Below, piece after piece: positions 41,139 to 50,408 of a stretch of 64,000 nucleotides of DNA; within the stretch, counting starts at the first letter, position 1; every line of letters begins with the position of its first letter. A program made the translations under genes and the position numbers. Origin of the DNA: Candidatus Latescibacterota bacterium (GTDB taxonomy: Bacteria > Latescibacterota > UBA2968 > UBA8231); the NCBI GenBank assembly GCA_965219385.1, contig CBDCNM010000002.1:716639-780638 (forward strand). The letters run 5' to 3'. Under the pieces are notes generated by a model that saw only the letters and a program-made list of their open reading frames with translations, did no database searches and had not been told where the DNA came from.

Positions 41139-41483
41139 TTCAGGGACGGAAGAAGGGTCTCATTCCTGCTTGAGCGGCGTATAGCATACGAGGTGCTAAA
41201 TGGTTCACTGCCACCGAGTGAGGGCGCTGGCTATGATGTTCTTGACTCTGAGGACCAGAAATGGGAAGTTCGAAGTGTCTCGCTCGCCGGAATCTACTTC
41301 TGCCCAAGCTACATGGTTGGTTCAGGAAGAAAATTCGAAGAGCTGGGCTTCCTGACAAAGATGGATGAAATTGCGGGTTACGTTGTCTCAGATATTCAGC
41401 GATTTCCTGCTGTTCCTTATTGGATCATTCCTGTTGATATAGTACGGGAGTGGTGGCAACAGAGAAAAGATTTCAAGAGATAG
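41139..41483 (+). pseudogene. 5'-truncated putative restriction endonuclease fragment
   Basis: FRDGRRVSFLLERRI..GYDVLD..KWEVRS resembles an E..D..E.K/R nuclease core. It lies directly upstream of a DNA methyltransferase. Confidence 0.45.
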
Positions 41484-41511
41484 GGCTCTTGAACTAATCC
41501 GGAAAATGTGA

Positions 41512-42783
41512 GTGACAGCAAATCAATTACAGCTCTTTAACCAGCCTGACACTTCAATAGCACCACTTTCATACAAAGACTTCCAGTATGCTATCGAGAG
41601 CTTCAGCGATTTCCGCAAGGAAACAGCAATTCTGGAATTCCCTGATCCAAACTTCGATATTCCTGTCTACGTAAATGAGTTCTGGACATCACAACAAAGA
41701 GCGGCCCACTCACTTCACGAGGTTTCGTATCGTGCTTGCTTTAAGCCCCAATTGCCGAAGTTCTTCATTCAGCGGCTTACTTATCCAGGCGACGCCGTCT
41801 ACGATCCCTTTATGGGGCGTGGCACGACTGTCATCGAGGCTGCGTTGCTAGGACGCTCACCCGTTGGAACGGACATCAATCCTCTAAGCAAAATACTGGT
41901 GGCTCCGCGACTCAATCCTCCCTCAATAGCAGCTATTTCAGAACGCCTGAGGGCACTACCTCTGGAAAGCGAGTGCAACACGTGGGAGGAGTTACTCGTC
42001 TTCTATCATCCGAATACACTGCTCCAGATAACCAACTTGCGGAACTACTTTCTTCGAAAACAAGAAGAGGGCAGCCTTGATGCGATCGATGAGTGGATAA
42101 GGATGGTGGCAACAAACCGCCTAACGGGTCATTCATCTGGTTTCTTTTCGGTCTATACATTGCCCCCAAATCAGGCTGTCACTGTTGAGCGACAGCGGAG
42201 CATCAACCAGAACCGAAAGCAGATGCCTCCCAAGAGGGATGTCAGAGAATCGATTCTGAGGAAATCTAGATCGCTCCTTAGTAAAATGGACTCGAGCGAC
42301 GCCGAGATGCTGCAAGATTCTTCTGCGAAGACATTACTTATAACCGGATCTTCAGACAACACTCCCGCTATCGAATGCGATTCTATTAGCCTTGTTGTAA
42401 CTTCGCCCCCGTTTCTGGATGTGGTAGACTACCAAACAGACAACTGGTTGCGGTGTTGGTTCAACGACATAGATGCACAAACGGTCGATATTTGGCATCT
42501 CAAAAAGCCAGAGGCGTGGCAAGCGGCCATGACGCGAGTATTTGCCGAGCTCAAGAGAGTTCTCAAACCAAAGGGTTATGTCGCTTTTGAGGTCGGGGAA
42601 GTTCGCAATGGGAAAATCCTCCTGGAATCGCTTGTTGTTCCGGCCGCGGCCGAAGCGGGTCTGGAACCCCTCCTCGTTTTGGTGAATGACCAAGTTTTCA
42701 CCAAAACGTCAAACTGCTGGGGCGTGGACAACCTCAAGAAGGGAACCAATACCAACAGGATCGTTCTGATAAGGAAGCCCTGA
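41512..42783 (+). CDS. Site-specific amino-DNA methyltransferase (motif I before motif IV; probably N4-C)
   Basis: YRACFKPQLP, DPFMGRGTT, DINP, VTSPPF, RVLKPKG. Confidence 0.88.
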   Translation: MTANQLQLFNQPDTSIAPLSYKDFQYAIESFSDFRKETAILEFPDPNFDIPVYVNEFWTSQQRAAHSLHEVSYRACFKPQLPKFFIQRLTYPGDAVYDPFMGRGTTVIEAALLGRSPVGTDINPLSKILVAPRLNPPSIAAISERLRALPLESECNTWEELLVFYHPNTLLQITNLRNYFLRKQEEGSLDAIDEWIRMVATNRLTGHSSGFFSVYTLPPNQAVTVERQRSINQNRKQMPPKRDVRESILRKSRSLLSKMDSSDAEMLQDSSAKTLLITGSSDNTPAIECDSISLVVTSPPFLDVVDYQTDNWLRCWFNDIDAQTVDIWHLKKPEAWQAAMTRVFAELKRVLKPKGYVAFEVGEVRNGKILLESLVVPAAAEAGLEPLLVLVNDQVFTKTSNCWGVDNLKKGTNTNRIVLIRKP

Positions 42784-42832
42784 GTACCCCTCGTAGGTTA
42801 CCTTGCTCCCCGCTTGTGCAGGCTGGCACTTC

Positions 42833-42889
42833 CCACAACACCGTGCCCCCGGCTTCGCGGTTCGGGCGCAGCCCTCTGCCTCATTATAG
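42833..42889 (+). other. attC-like site 3 (short, ATT core)
   Basis: CCACAAC-ACCGTGCCCCCGGCT (same start as site 2)..GCGGTTCGGGCGCA..GCCTC-ATTATAG. Confidence 0.65.
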
Positions 42890-42907
42890 GCAATGGGAAA
42901 AAACAGG

Positions 42908-43576
42908 ATGTTAATCAGATTTGAAGATTATAACGGTGCAGAAGGACAATTCATCGCAAACTATCCAGTACTATGGGAGGAACTGTCTCAGGTTTTAGAA
43001 GCGATGCCTCCTCACATTAAGGCGTCTGATCAGGCAGGAATTCAAGGAAAGCCGATCTTTGATCCCGTAGGTACAAACGAATTCATCAAGAGTAAGCTTT
43101 CGTCCAAAGGATGGCGAGCAAATATACCGATACCAAAACAATTTGATTTTCTCGGCACCGATATTGACTTTGGGAAATCTGGCGTTCTAGTTGAGGCACA
43201 GTTTTCAAATTACCCATTTTTGCTCAATAATACTCTTCGATCAGAATTGTTTTATAAAGCGGAGATTCCTTTGGGTGGAGAACCAACAGAAGTTGTGGTT
43301 ATAATTACGAAAGCCCATATGTTTCCAGCATCGAACAGCACTCTTTACTTTGAACAGGCTCACAATCAACTAACAGAGCTATTTCGTTACAATGTGTTCG
43401 ACGTGCCAATCAGGCTTGTAGGTTTGTTTGAAAGATTAGGTGAAAAAGTAGATTCTGTATTTACTGAATATAAAAATCCTCGCTATTCCCGTACAGTTGT
43501 AGAGAGAAATGAAGTCCCATGTACCATACATCGCGGAAGATCATCAAGGAGCAGATGCAATATCGTGTTAGGGTAA
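42908..43576 (+). CDS. Type II restriction endonuclease, BglII-like
   Basis: HIKASDQA..IFDPVGTN, IPIPKQFDFLGTDIDFGK, VEAQFSNYPFLLNN, MFPASNS and RYSRT match BglII as recalled. Alternative start at 42893. Confidence 0.9.
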   Translation: MLIRFEDYNGAEGQFIANYPVLWEELSQVLEAMPPHIKASDQAGIQGKPIFDPVGTNEFIKSKLSSKGWRANIPIPKQFDFLGTDIDFGKSGVLVEAQFSNYPFLLNNTLRSELFYKAEIPLGGEPTEVVVIITKAHMFPASNSTLYFEQAHNQLTELFRYNVFDVPIRLVGLFERLGEKVDSVFTEYKNPRYSRTVVERNEVPCTIHRGRSSRSRCNIVLG

Positions 43577-43584
43577 ATTAAAGT

Positions 43585-44685
43585 TCACTCAAATAAAAGC
43601 CCTTGCTGGTGGGAAATGGTATCAGATTTGCTCTTTCTTTCTTGAGGAACACCACCATTTAGCTTGGTATCAATAGGACGTTCTTCACCTCGTAAATCTG
43701 CCCCAAAAGCCATTTCTTCGTATTCTAATCGTCCTTCAAGTTCTTGTAGATGATATTCTTCAGGATATATTTTAGCTTTACTTCTCTTAGTAGGCGTACT
43801 ACCGACTTGAACATCAAATCGGAATTTTTCAATTGGCTCCCCAGTTTTGTCCACATAATCTCTTAGTGTTTTAAGATTAGGGAATATACCATTTTCGTTT
43901 GGTTCTCCCTTAAGACGTCTTGTAGCTATATTATGATATTTCTCATCAAGTTCTGCACCGATAAAATGACGACCATAATCTCGAGCTACCACAGCGACTG
44001 TTCCAGCTCCCATATAGGGATCCATTACTATCCCTTCGGGTTCTGTACTGCTCAATACTATACGGGCAATTAAGTCCTCAGGGAATTGGCATGGATGAAT
44101 TGTCTGTTCTTCATGGTTATGTTTTACGTTTCGAAAAGCCCAAATATCTCCTGGATTTTTGCCGTCAGGATTGCAAGAAAATTCGCCGCGTTTTTCTCCT
44201 TTATAATGCTTTTTATTTTGCCATTTCTGTGGCACTCTAATAGAGTCAAGATTAAAAAAATAATTATCAGAAGCTGTAAACCATAAGATAGTCTCATGGC
44301 GACAAGAGAATTTTCTCCTACCATGTAGACCGTGTTGACGAACCCACATAATCCGGTTACGAGGAATTAAACCAATTGACTCAAAGATAGGAAAAAAACG
44401 AATATCTAAAGGAATCAACATGCCTTTGTCAGAAAAAGCACCGACTTGCCAAAAAATGGATCCTGTAGACTTTAAAACACGTGCACACTCCTGGAGAACA
44501 ACTGTCTGCTCTTCAAGGTAGTGTTCCAAAGCCATTCTGGCTTCATATTCCTTACCCAGATTATAAGGAGGCGAGGACACAACCAAGTCGATACAATCAT
44601 CGGGGAGACTTTGTAAAAGAGTGAGACAGTTTCCCTGGTATATCTGATCAAGAGGCAAATTATCTTTGGATGTTTGCTTTGCCAT
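43585..44685 (-). CDS. Cognate beta-class N4-cytosine DNA methyltransferase (M.BglII-like)
   Basis: SSPPYN precedes HPCQFP and DPYMGAGT. Convergent with the endonuclease; AT-rich. Confidence 0.9.
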   Translation of the reverse strand: MAKQTSKDNLPLDQIYQGNCLTLLQSLPDDCIDLVVSSPPYNLGKEYEARMALEHYLEEQTVVLQECARVLKSTGSIFWQVGAFSDKGMLIPLDIRFFPIFESIGLIPRNRIMWVRQHGLHGRRKFSCRHETILWFTASDNYFFNLDSIRVPQKWQNKKHYKGEKRGEFSCNPDGKNPGDIWAFRNVKHNHEEQTIHPCQFPEDLIARIVLSSTEPEGIVMDPYMGAGTVAVVARDYGRHFIGAELDEKYHNIATRRLKGEPNENGIFPNLKTLRDYVDKTGEPIEKFRFDVQVGSTPTKRSKAKIYPEEYHLQELEGRLEYEEMAFGADLRGEERPIDTKLNGGVPQERKSKSDTISHQQGLLFE

Positions 44686-44832
44686 TGGTTATTTACCTTC
44701 CTAAGTTTTAATTCAACTTTATAAATATAAAGCTATACATTTGTTCAGTCAAGAATTTTGACAAAATTTCCAATAAATTACTGTTATTAATAAATTTTGT
44801 ATTTGGGTAATTTTCGGCTAATTGCCCACTGC

Positions 44833-44931
44833 CTATAACATCGCGGTTTACGCGGCGCGGCATTCGCCGCTTGGGGCTTCGCCCAACCCTCCGCTTCGCT
44901 CTGGGTTCGTAAACCCGCCGCCTCATTACAC
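44833..44931 (+). other. attC-like site 4 (ATT core)
   Basis: CTATAAC-ATCGC-GGTTTACG...CTTCGCCCAACC...CGTAAACC-CGCCGCCTC-ATTACAC, with a perfect 8-bp inner stem. Confidence 0.75.
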
Positions 44932-44963
44932 GACATTGACTGGCTTAGAATCTCGGAATTGAT

Positions 44964-45759
44964 ATGAACCGCATACACGAAGCCAACCGTCAGCTGTGGA
45001 ATGATCAGGTCGCTACCTGGGAGGAACGGAGCAACCGAGAAGGTCGGTGGCACCGATGCCACAAAGATCCTGATCTGGCGTTCGAAGGTGGAGCTCTTCA
45101 ACTGATTCAGACGGTTTGTGGCAGGTTAAGCAACAAGAAAGCATGCGTAATCGGCAGTGGTGACAATATGGCAGCGTTCGCCCTTGCAGGCCTGGGTGCG
45201 CAAGTTACGTCGACGGATATCTCGGAAGAGCAATTAGCGACGGGGTCACGTAGAGCTGAGCAACTCAGTTTATCAATCTCATTCGTTCGATCGGATGCCG
45301 CTTGCCAGGAATCGTTGGCCGATTCGAGCTTTGACCTCGTATGCTCGACCAACGGCTTTTTTGTGTGGATCGCCGATCTCGAAGCGGTTTTCGGGGAGGT
45401 CGTTCGAATTCTAAAGCCCGGTGGCTCTTATGTCTATTTCGATGTCCACCCATTTCAGCGACCCTGGAAGGACCAGGCGATCGCAGTTGAAATGGAAAAG
45501 CCTTATTGGTCCACAGGCCCATTTCAGCCGCGAGATAGTGACTCTTGTGAATTCAACTGGACTGACTGACCTTTTGAACCCAATGGCTGCGGCGGGGCTT
45601 ATGTTGGTCAAGCTCTTGGAGAGTCCAGCGCGCGACACGCGGTATTGGAAGGGGTCCTCTCATTGCGATCTTGAGGACGAAACATTATTGGATTGGAGTG
45701 AGAATCCCCGAGCTGGACTCCCGGTATGGCTGGCGGTTGCGGCCTGCAAGCCAGTTTAG
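44964..45759 (+). pseudogene. Class I SAM-dependent methyltransferase, frameshifted near 45560
   Basis: VIGSG, TDISEEQL, SFDLV, RILKPGG, HPF. The frame breaks at TGG-ACTGACTGAC and the C-terminus (DLLNPMAAAGL..P..L.V.A.K) continues in the +1 frame. Confidence 0.8.
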
Positions 45760-45776
45760 CGAAGTTGGGAAACGTC

Positions 45777-45869
45777 GTGTAACACATCGGTGTTGCGCTG
45801 CGGCGGCTCTGCCGCCTTGGCCTTTCGGGCAACCCGTTGCGCGGGTTCGCAAACCGTGAAACGTTGGGC
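45777..45869 (+). other. attC-like site 5
   Basis: GTGTAAC-ACATC-GGT(G)TTGCG...CGCAAACC-GTGAAAC-GTTGGGC; the stem has one extrahelical base, as in canonical attC. Confidence 0.8.
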
Positions 45870-45910
45870 CGCCATGAAGCCGCCGCCTCATTACACGACA
45901 GCTTACTATA

Positions 45911-46843
45911 AGAAGCCGTCTGAAAACTCTAATTTTCATTTGATTCGTTTAAGTAGCAAGTGGATCATGGCAATCTGGATCAAGGCTTCACTATGGCGGG
46001 TCAAGACCTCATAATCTCGGGCATGTCGGCGAAAATTCATCAACCACGCAAACGTGCGCTCGACGACCCACCGGCGTTTAACTACGGTAAATCCGGAGCC
46101 TTGTTTGGCGACGACTTCCAAGTCTATTTTGTGCGTCTTTTTTTGGTTGGCCACCCACGTTCGGATGGCCTCGCCTTGGTAGCCGCCATCAACCCACAGC
46201 TTGCGTAACCGAGCCACGCCGGCGGCCTTCAAGCGGGTCAACACCTGCTTCAAACCCTCTCGATCCTCGACATCGGCGGCGGTGACCACCACCTGTCGAA
46301 GCAAACCCGACGGGTCCACCAACAGATGCCGTTTGCGGCCTTTGATCTTTTTGCCGGCGTCATAACCGGTTGTTTTACCATGCGTTGCGGTCTTAATCGT
46401 CTGACTATCGACTACGCCAGCCGACGGCATCGCAGCCCGGCCGCTCTGGCGGCGCTCCCTCTTGGTCAGCCGATCCAACACCAGCGGCCAGACCCCTTGC
46501 AGGCTCCAGCGACGAAAGTAATCATACACCGTTTTCCACGGCCCAAAACAAGCAGGCAACAACGCCCAAGGACACCCCGTCTTGTTCAAATACAAAAGGC
46601 CGTTGACAAGCTGGCGTCGATCCCGCGGCGGCCGACCCGGACCGTGAAGCCGCCAGCGCGGCGCGGGCAGCAACGGTTCGATCCGCTGCCATTGTGCATC
46701 GGTTAGATCGGTGGCATATTGCATACGCGGTGTACTCATCATACAAGCCTTTCTGTTCAGAGTTTTGTGGTGAAACCTGAATATGGCTCGATGAGTACGC
46801 CCGTTCAAATGCGGCTACATCAGAGGGTTTTCAGACGGCTTCT
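45911..46843 (-). mobile_element. IS5-family insertion sequence, apparently complete
   Basis: 17-bp perfect terminal IRs AGAAGCCGTCTGAAAAC / GTTTTCAGACGGCTTCT, with TA on both sides. Confidence 0.9.
45936..46742 (-). CDS. IS5-family transposase
   Basis: YATDLTDAQW, TGCPWALLP, VDSQT, GYDAGKKIKGRKRH, VDGGY, RWVVERTFAW. Confidence 0.95.
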   Translation of the reverse strand: MMSTPRMQYATDLTDAQWQRIEPLLPAPRWRLHGPGRPPRDRRQLVNGLLYLNKTGCPWALLPACFGPWKTVYDYFRRWSLQGVWPLVLDRLTKRERRQSGRAAMPSAGVVDSQTIKTATHGKTTGYDAGKKIKGRKRHLLVDPSGLLRQVVVTAADVEDREGLKQVLTRLKAAGVARLRKLWVDGGYQGEAIRTWVANQKKTHKIDLEVVAKQGSGFTVVKRRWVVERTFAWLMNFRRHARDYEVLTRHSEALIQIAMIHLLLKRIK

Positions 46844-46844
46844 T

Positions 46845-47222
46845 ATGGCTGGTAGCGTTGAACCCGGCGGCGACGGCCTCGGTCAACCTGTCATTTTCTA
46901 TTATTTTGGGTTGCCTGGATATACGGTCGGAGCTGCCTTTGGCGTGAGCCAAGTCGATCCACATGATCGCTTCGTAGCCTCGATGATGGGCAGTTTGCTA
47001 GGGCTTGGAGCAGGTGGTGGATTGGTGGCTATGACTGGAAATCCCTATTTCGTTCTTGCCTGCCCTATTGCCTCAGTCGCCTTGGCAGTATGGCTGTCTG
47101 AAGATTCTCGCAACCGTTTGGGTGAACCTACGTCCAATCCCTCTGAAGTCCCCGGTTTTTCCATCGGCTTGGAGCCAAGTCCTAGAGGGTGCTTGTCCGC
47201 GGTCGCCACGTTACGATTCTGA
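46845..47222 (+). pseudogene. Gly-rich hydrophobic membrane-protein fragment, probably 5'-truncated by the IS
   Basis: Begins at the IS end; hydrophobic helices; ends in a beta-strand-like LSAVATLRF. Confidence 0.4.
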
Positions 47223-47318
47223 ACGGATGCGTTGGGGAAACACCCAATCCAGTAATCTAGTAGCGGAGGCGGCTGGAGCACCAATGGATAATCCACTACT
47301 CGATAATGGAGCACATCG

Positions 47319-50300
47319 ATGATGAAGGGTAGGATAATTGCAATTACGTTGTTCGCCTTACTCATGGTTGAGGATGGGTATGCGGACAGGAATTTGGAGT
47401 TGGCACGCAAGTTTTCGCCCATACTGGTACTTACGGAAGAGACCGGCGGCCAATGGGGTGACATTCGCGTAACCAAACCTGAACCGGTTGAAATTGTCAA
47501 TGCCCAATCAGCCGATTCTATACGGTTTAAAATATACAATATTCTGGGTCAACAATTGGGAGGAGTTCTAGATTGGAGATCCCTCAATCTCAACAATTGG
47601 AATCCTCCAATAGCAACGATTGATTTTTCACAAAATCGCTTTGCTTTTCTTTCTCGTAAGTATACCGGGAGACCCTTCCTGGAAGGAGAACAGTACGCGT
47701 ATGCGTATGCGCAGTATATTATTGAATCCTACTTTGATTACCCCGGTAAAGAGCCGAGAGTATGGAACGATACTTACTTTGGCAGCGGACCTAGGGCCGG
47801 CAGTCACCCTGATAATGCTAATACAGCATACGTGCATATATACAAGACGACCCACGAGGTTTATGCTGACTCAATCACCGTAATTCAGTATTTTTATTTC
47901 TACCCCTACAATCACTGGTGGAACAACCATGAGGGCGACTGGCAGCGAATCCATGTAGTGGTCAGTTCAAGAGATCCCGCTACCGCAGAAGTCATAGGCG
48001 TGGAGTATTTGTTCCATGGTGCTCATGTGTCATACTACAAAGAGTACCCTTATAAGTACAATGAATTGGGTCAAACTGTGGACAATACTGGTCTGTTTTA
48101 CCCTGGTCTAACCACCAGTTTTGTATTCAACCCGAGAAAAAGCTTAAAACTGAGCCAAGGTACACATCCTATAGTCTACCTCGGTGCCGGATCACATGCG
48201 GCATATCCTACAGGAGGAAACTATCTTGTTTACCAGTTTGATCCATTGGGAGTCCCACTTTATGACACTCCAGAGCGTATGACCCATACTGGGTTGGTAC
48301 TGAACACCCAAGCCAATAATTCTAATTCTACTTTACAGGAAAGTTATGACTTGGTGCTGCTGCCAGAACCGAACCCGGATAACACCAACAACATGGGACT
48401 TACTGCCAGCCAGAGTTGGCTGGGAGCGGATGTTTTGTGGGGAACTCCCTTTGTCGATGGGAGAGGGGATAATAGGAGTCCGCGGGGCCCGTATCACAAA
48501 GGTTGGGAGAGACTGGGATTCTTCCAAGCATCCACCACTGGACCTAGCGTACCTGTCGTTGAGGATAGAATCTTTCATTCTGTTATACCCTATACGAGCT
48601 ATCACCATTGGCCCATCATCGGCAATGAGACTTGGAGTGACACAATATCTCTAAGCGGCGACCTTGTCGTCTTCCCGGGCGCGACGCTCACTATAAATGC
48701 GGGCACCGTTATCGAGTTCGAGCCCAGTCAGGATATTCACCAATTTGCGGCGGAGGGGAGTAGAAATGATCTCGCCGAGCTTTTCGTCTATGGCACGCTG
48801 ACGGCGAATGGGGAGTCCGGCAAGCCCATCGTGTTTCAGCGGGAGGGTCGCACTTCTGACAGCGCGACGACGGTGGCCTGGGGTGGCATACGGGTGATGG
48901 ATGGCAGTACGGTGGCCTTGAACAGCTATACGACAATCCACGATGAGCCGCCGCTCGCGGTGGCCTACGACGCGGCGAGCTACGAAGTGGACTTCCCTGG
49001 TAGCCAGTTCTCGCTGGAGACGGAGCCGGAGCTGTCGGGGACGGTGACCGTGGAACTGGCACGGAAGGCGTATCGGGAGTGGGCGATTCCGATCACCGTG
49101 ACGGGCGACGCTGAGGAGGGCGACTACACGGTGAGCGGCCTCGACGACTCCCCGGAGAGCACTGTTTTGGGCACCTTGCCGTTCGCCGTGGGCGAGCGGG
49201 TGAAGAGTTTCACGATCACGGCCCATCCCGACGTTGATGTCGATTACGAGCACCTGACGCTCGGTTTTGGCACGTTACCCGCGGGGGTGGTCGCCGGCGA
49301 ACCCGCGACGGCGACCGTGACGATCCATGACGCGGGTGGGGTGCCGCCGCAACCGACCGACGGGCTGTCCGCCACGCCGGGTGCAGGGCAGATCACGGTC
49401 CATTGGGATGGGGTGGAGGCGGAGCCGGCGGTGAGCGGGTACGCGCTTGAGTATCAGAGTAAGCCGGTGGGAGGGTCGCCGGCGCTTGCTGTGTGGTCGT
49501 CCTGGCAGAACCTCGCCACGCCCAATGCCGAGGCTACCAGCTACCTGCACAGCAACCTGGGCTACCTGCAGCCCAACCTGGACCTGAGGTCCATGCGCTA
49601 CCGCTACCAGGTGCGGGCGACGAACGATCGGGGCGACAGCGACTGGTCGGTTAGCTTCCCGACGGCTGGCGTGGTTCCCTTACTGGGTTTGGCGACCGGC
49701 GTGCGGATAGGATCGGTTGGTAACGGTTTAAGTGTGCTCTTGGACTGCCCGTTGGACGACCCGCAGTGCGACTCGTCGCCTGGCGGGTCGTTCCCGTCGT
49801 TCATCGTGGAGAGAAAGAGCGGGACCGGGATCGGGTGGCAGGTCGTGTACACGAGTTTGAGCACGGGCGCACCGGCCAGAGGCGCAAGGGGGCCGGCCGG
49901 GGCCTCGGGCGGGTCGCTTGCCCCGTCGTATACGGTGCCGGTGGCGGACTTGGACAGCACGGTGGCGTACCAGTTCCGGGTGCGGCTGGTCAACGCAGAC
50001 GGGCAGGCGGGGGCCGCGTCGGAGGCGGTGGCGGTGGTGCCCTTGGAGGTGCAAGGGGCGGATGGGCAGGCGAGGTTGAGTTGGGTCGGAGGCGGTGGCG
50101 GTGGTGCCCTTGGAGGTGCTGCAAGGGGCGGATGGGCAGGCGAGGTTGAGTTGGACGCATCCGGGCTACCCCCTCATCACGCAGTGGCAGTATCGCACCA
50201 GGGCGGGGACCGCCCTGTGGGAAGAGTGGGAGAATATATCCTCCGGGGGGGGAGCCACGACGAGGGAGACGGTGCCGAATCTGACCAACGGGGTGGACTA

Positions 50301-50408
50301 CCAGTTCCAGGTGCGGGCGCTCAACGTGATAGGGACGGAGGCGATCACGGCCTCGTTCATCGTGGCGGCCACGCCGGCGGGGGCCGCCGGACCCGCCGGG
50401 GAACCTGA
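47319..50408 (+). CDS. 5' part of a giant secreted modular protein (signal peptide, Vps62-like HEGDW domain, beta-helix-like segment, Calx-beta-like, FN3); out of frame after 50084
   Basis: LARKFSPIL, IQYFYFYPYN..NNHEGDW, GSHAAY; GDLVVFPGATLTINAGT; YRYQVRATN. Confidence 0.8.
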   Translation: MMKGRIIAITLFALLMVEDGYADRNLELARKFSPILVLTEETGGQWGDIRVTKPEPVEIVNAQSADSIRFKIYNILGQQLGGVLDWRSLNLNNWNPPIATIDFSQNRFAFLSRKYTGRPFLEGEQYAYAYAQYIIESYFDYPGKEPRVWNDTYFGSGPRAGSHPDNANTAYVHIYKTTHEVYADSITVIQYFYFYPYNHWWNNHEGDWQRIHVVVSSRDPATAEVIGVEYLFHGAHVSYYKEYPYKYNELGQTVDNTGLFYPGLTTSFVFNPRKSLKLSQGTHPIVYLGAGSHAAYPTGGNYLVYQFDPLGVPLYDTPERMTHTGLVLNTQANNSNSTLQESYDLVLLPEPNPDNTNNMGLTASQSWLGADVLWGTPFVDGRGDNRSPRGPYHKGWERLGFFQASTTGPSVPVVEDRIFHSVIPYTSYHHWPIIGNETWSDTISLSGDLVVFPGATLTINAGTVIEFEPSQDIHQFAAEGSRNDLAELFVYGTLTANGESGKPIVFQREGRTSDSATTVAWGGIRVMDGSTVALNSYTTIHDEPPLAVAYDAASYEVDFPGSQFSLETEPELSGTVTVELARKAYREWAIPITVTGDAEEGDYTVSGLDDSPESTVLGTLPFAVGERVKSFTITAHPDVDVDYEHLTLGFGTLPAGVVAGEPATATVTIHDAGGVPPQPTDGLSATPGAGQITVHWDGVEAEPAVSGYALEYQSKPVGGSPALAVWSSWQNLATPNAEATSYLHSNLGYLQPNLDLRSMRYRYQVRATNDRGDSDWSVSFPTAGVVPLLGLATGVRIGSVGNGLSVLLDCPLDDPQCDSSPGGSFPSFIVERKSGTGIGWQVVYTSLSTGAPARGARGPAGASGGSLAPSYTVPVADLDSTVAYQFRVRLVNADGQAGAASEAVAVVPLEVQGADGQARLSWVGGGGGGALGGAARGGWAGEVELDASGLPPHHAVAVSHQGGDRPVGRVGEYILRGGSHDEGDGAESDQRGGLPVPGAGAQRDRDGGDHGLVHRGGHAGGGRRTRRGT
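50018..50154. repeat. Frameshifting tandem duplication (67 bp + 70 bp copies)
   Basis: GTCGGAGGCGGTGGCG...GTTGAGTTGG at 50018-50084 and 50085-50154; the second copy has 3 extra bases. Confidence 0.9.

Larger units (their letters stand above)
34032..45900 (+). mobile_element. Integron-type gene cassette array with no integrase in the window (CALIN-like), partly eroded
   Basis: Five related attC-like imperfect palindromes in one orientation, three cassettes with complementary ends, and typical cargo (TA, R-M, GNAT, NUDIX, methyltransferase). Confidence 0.8.
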
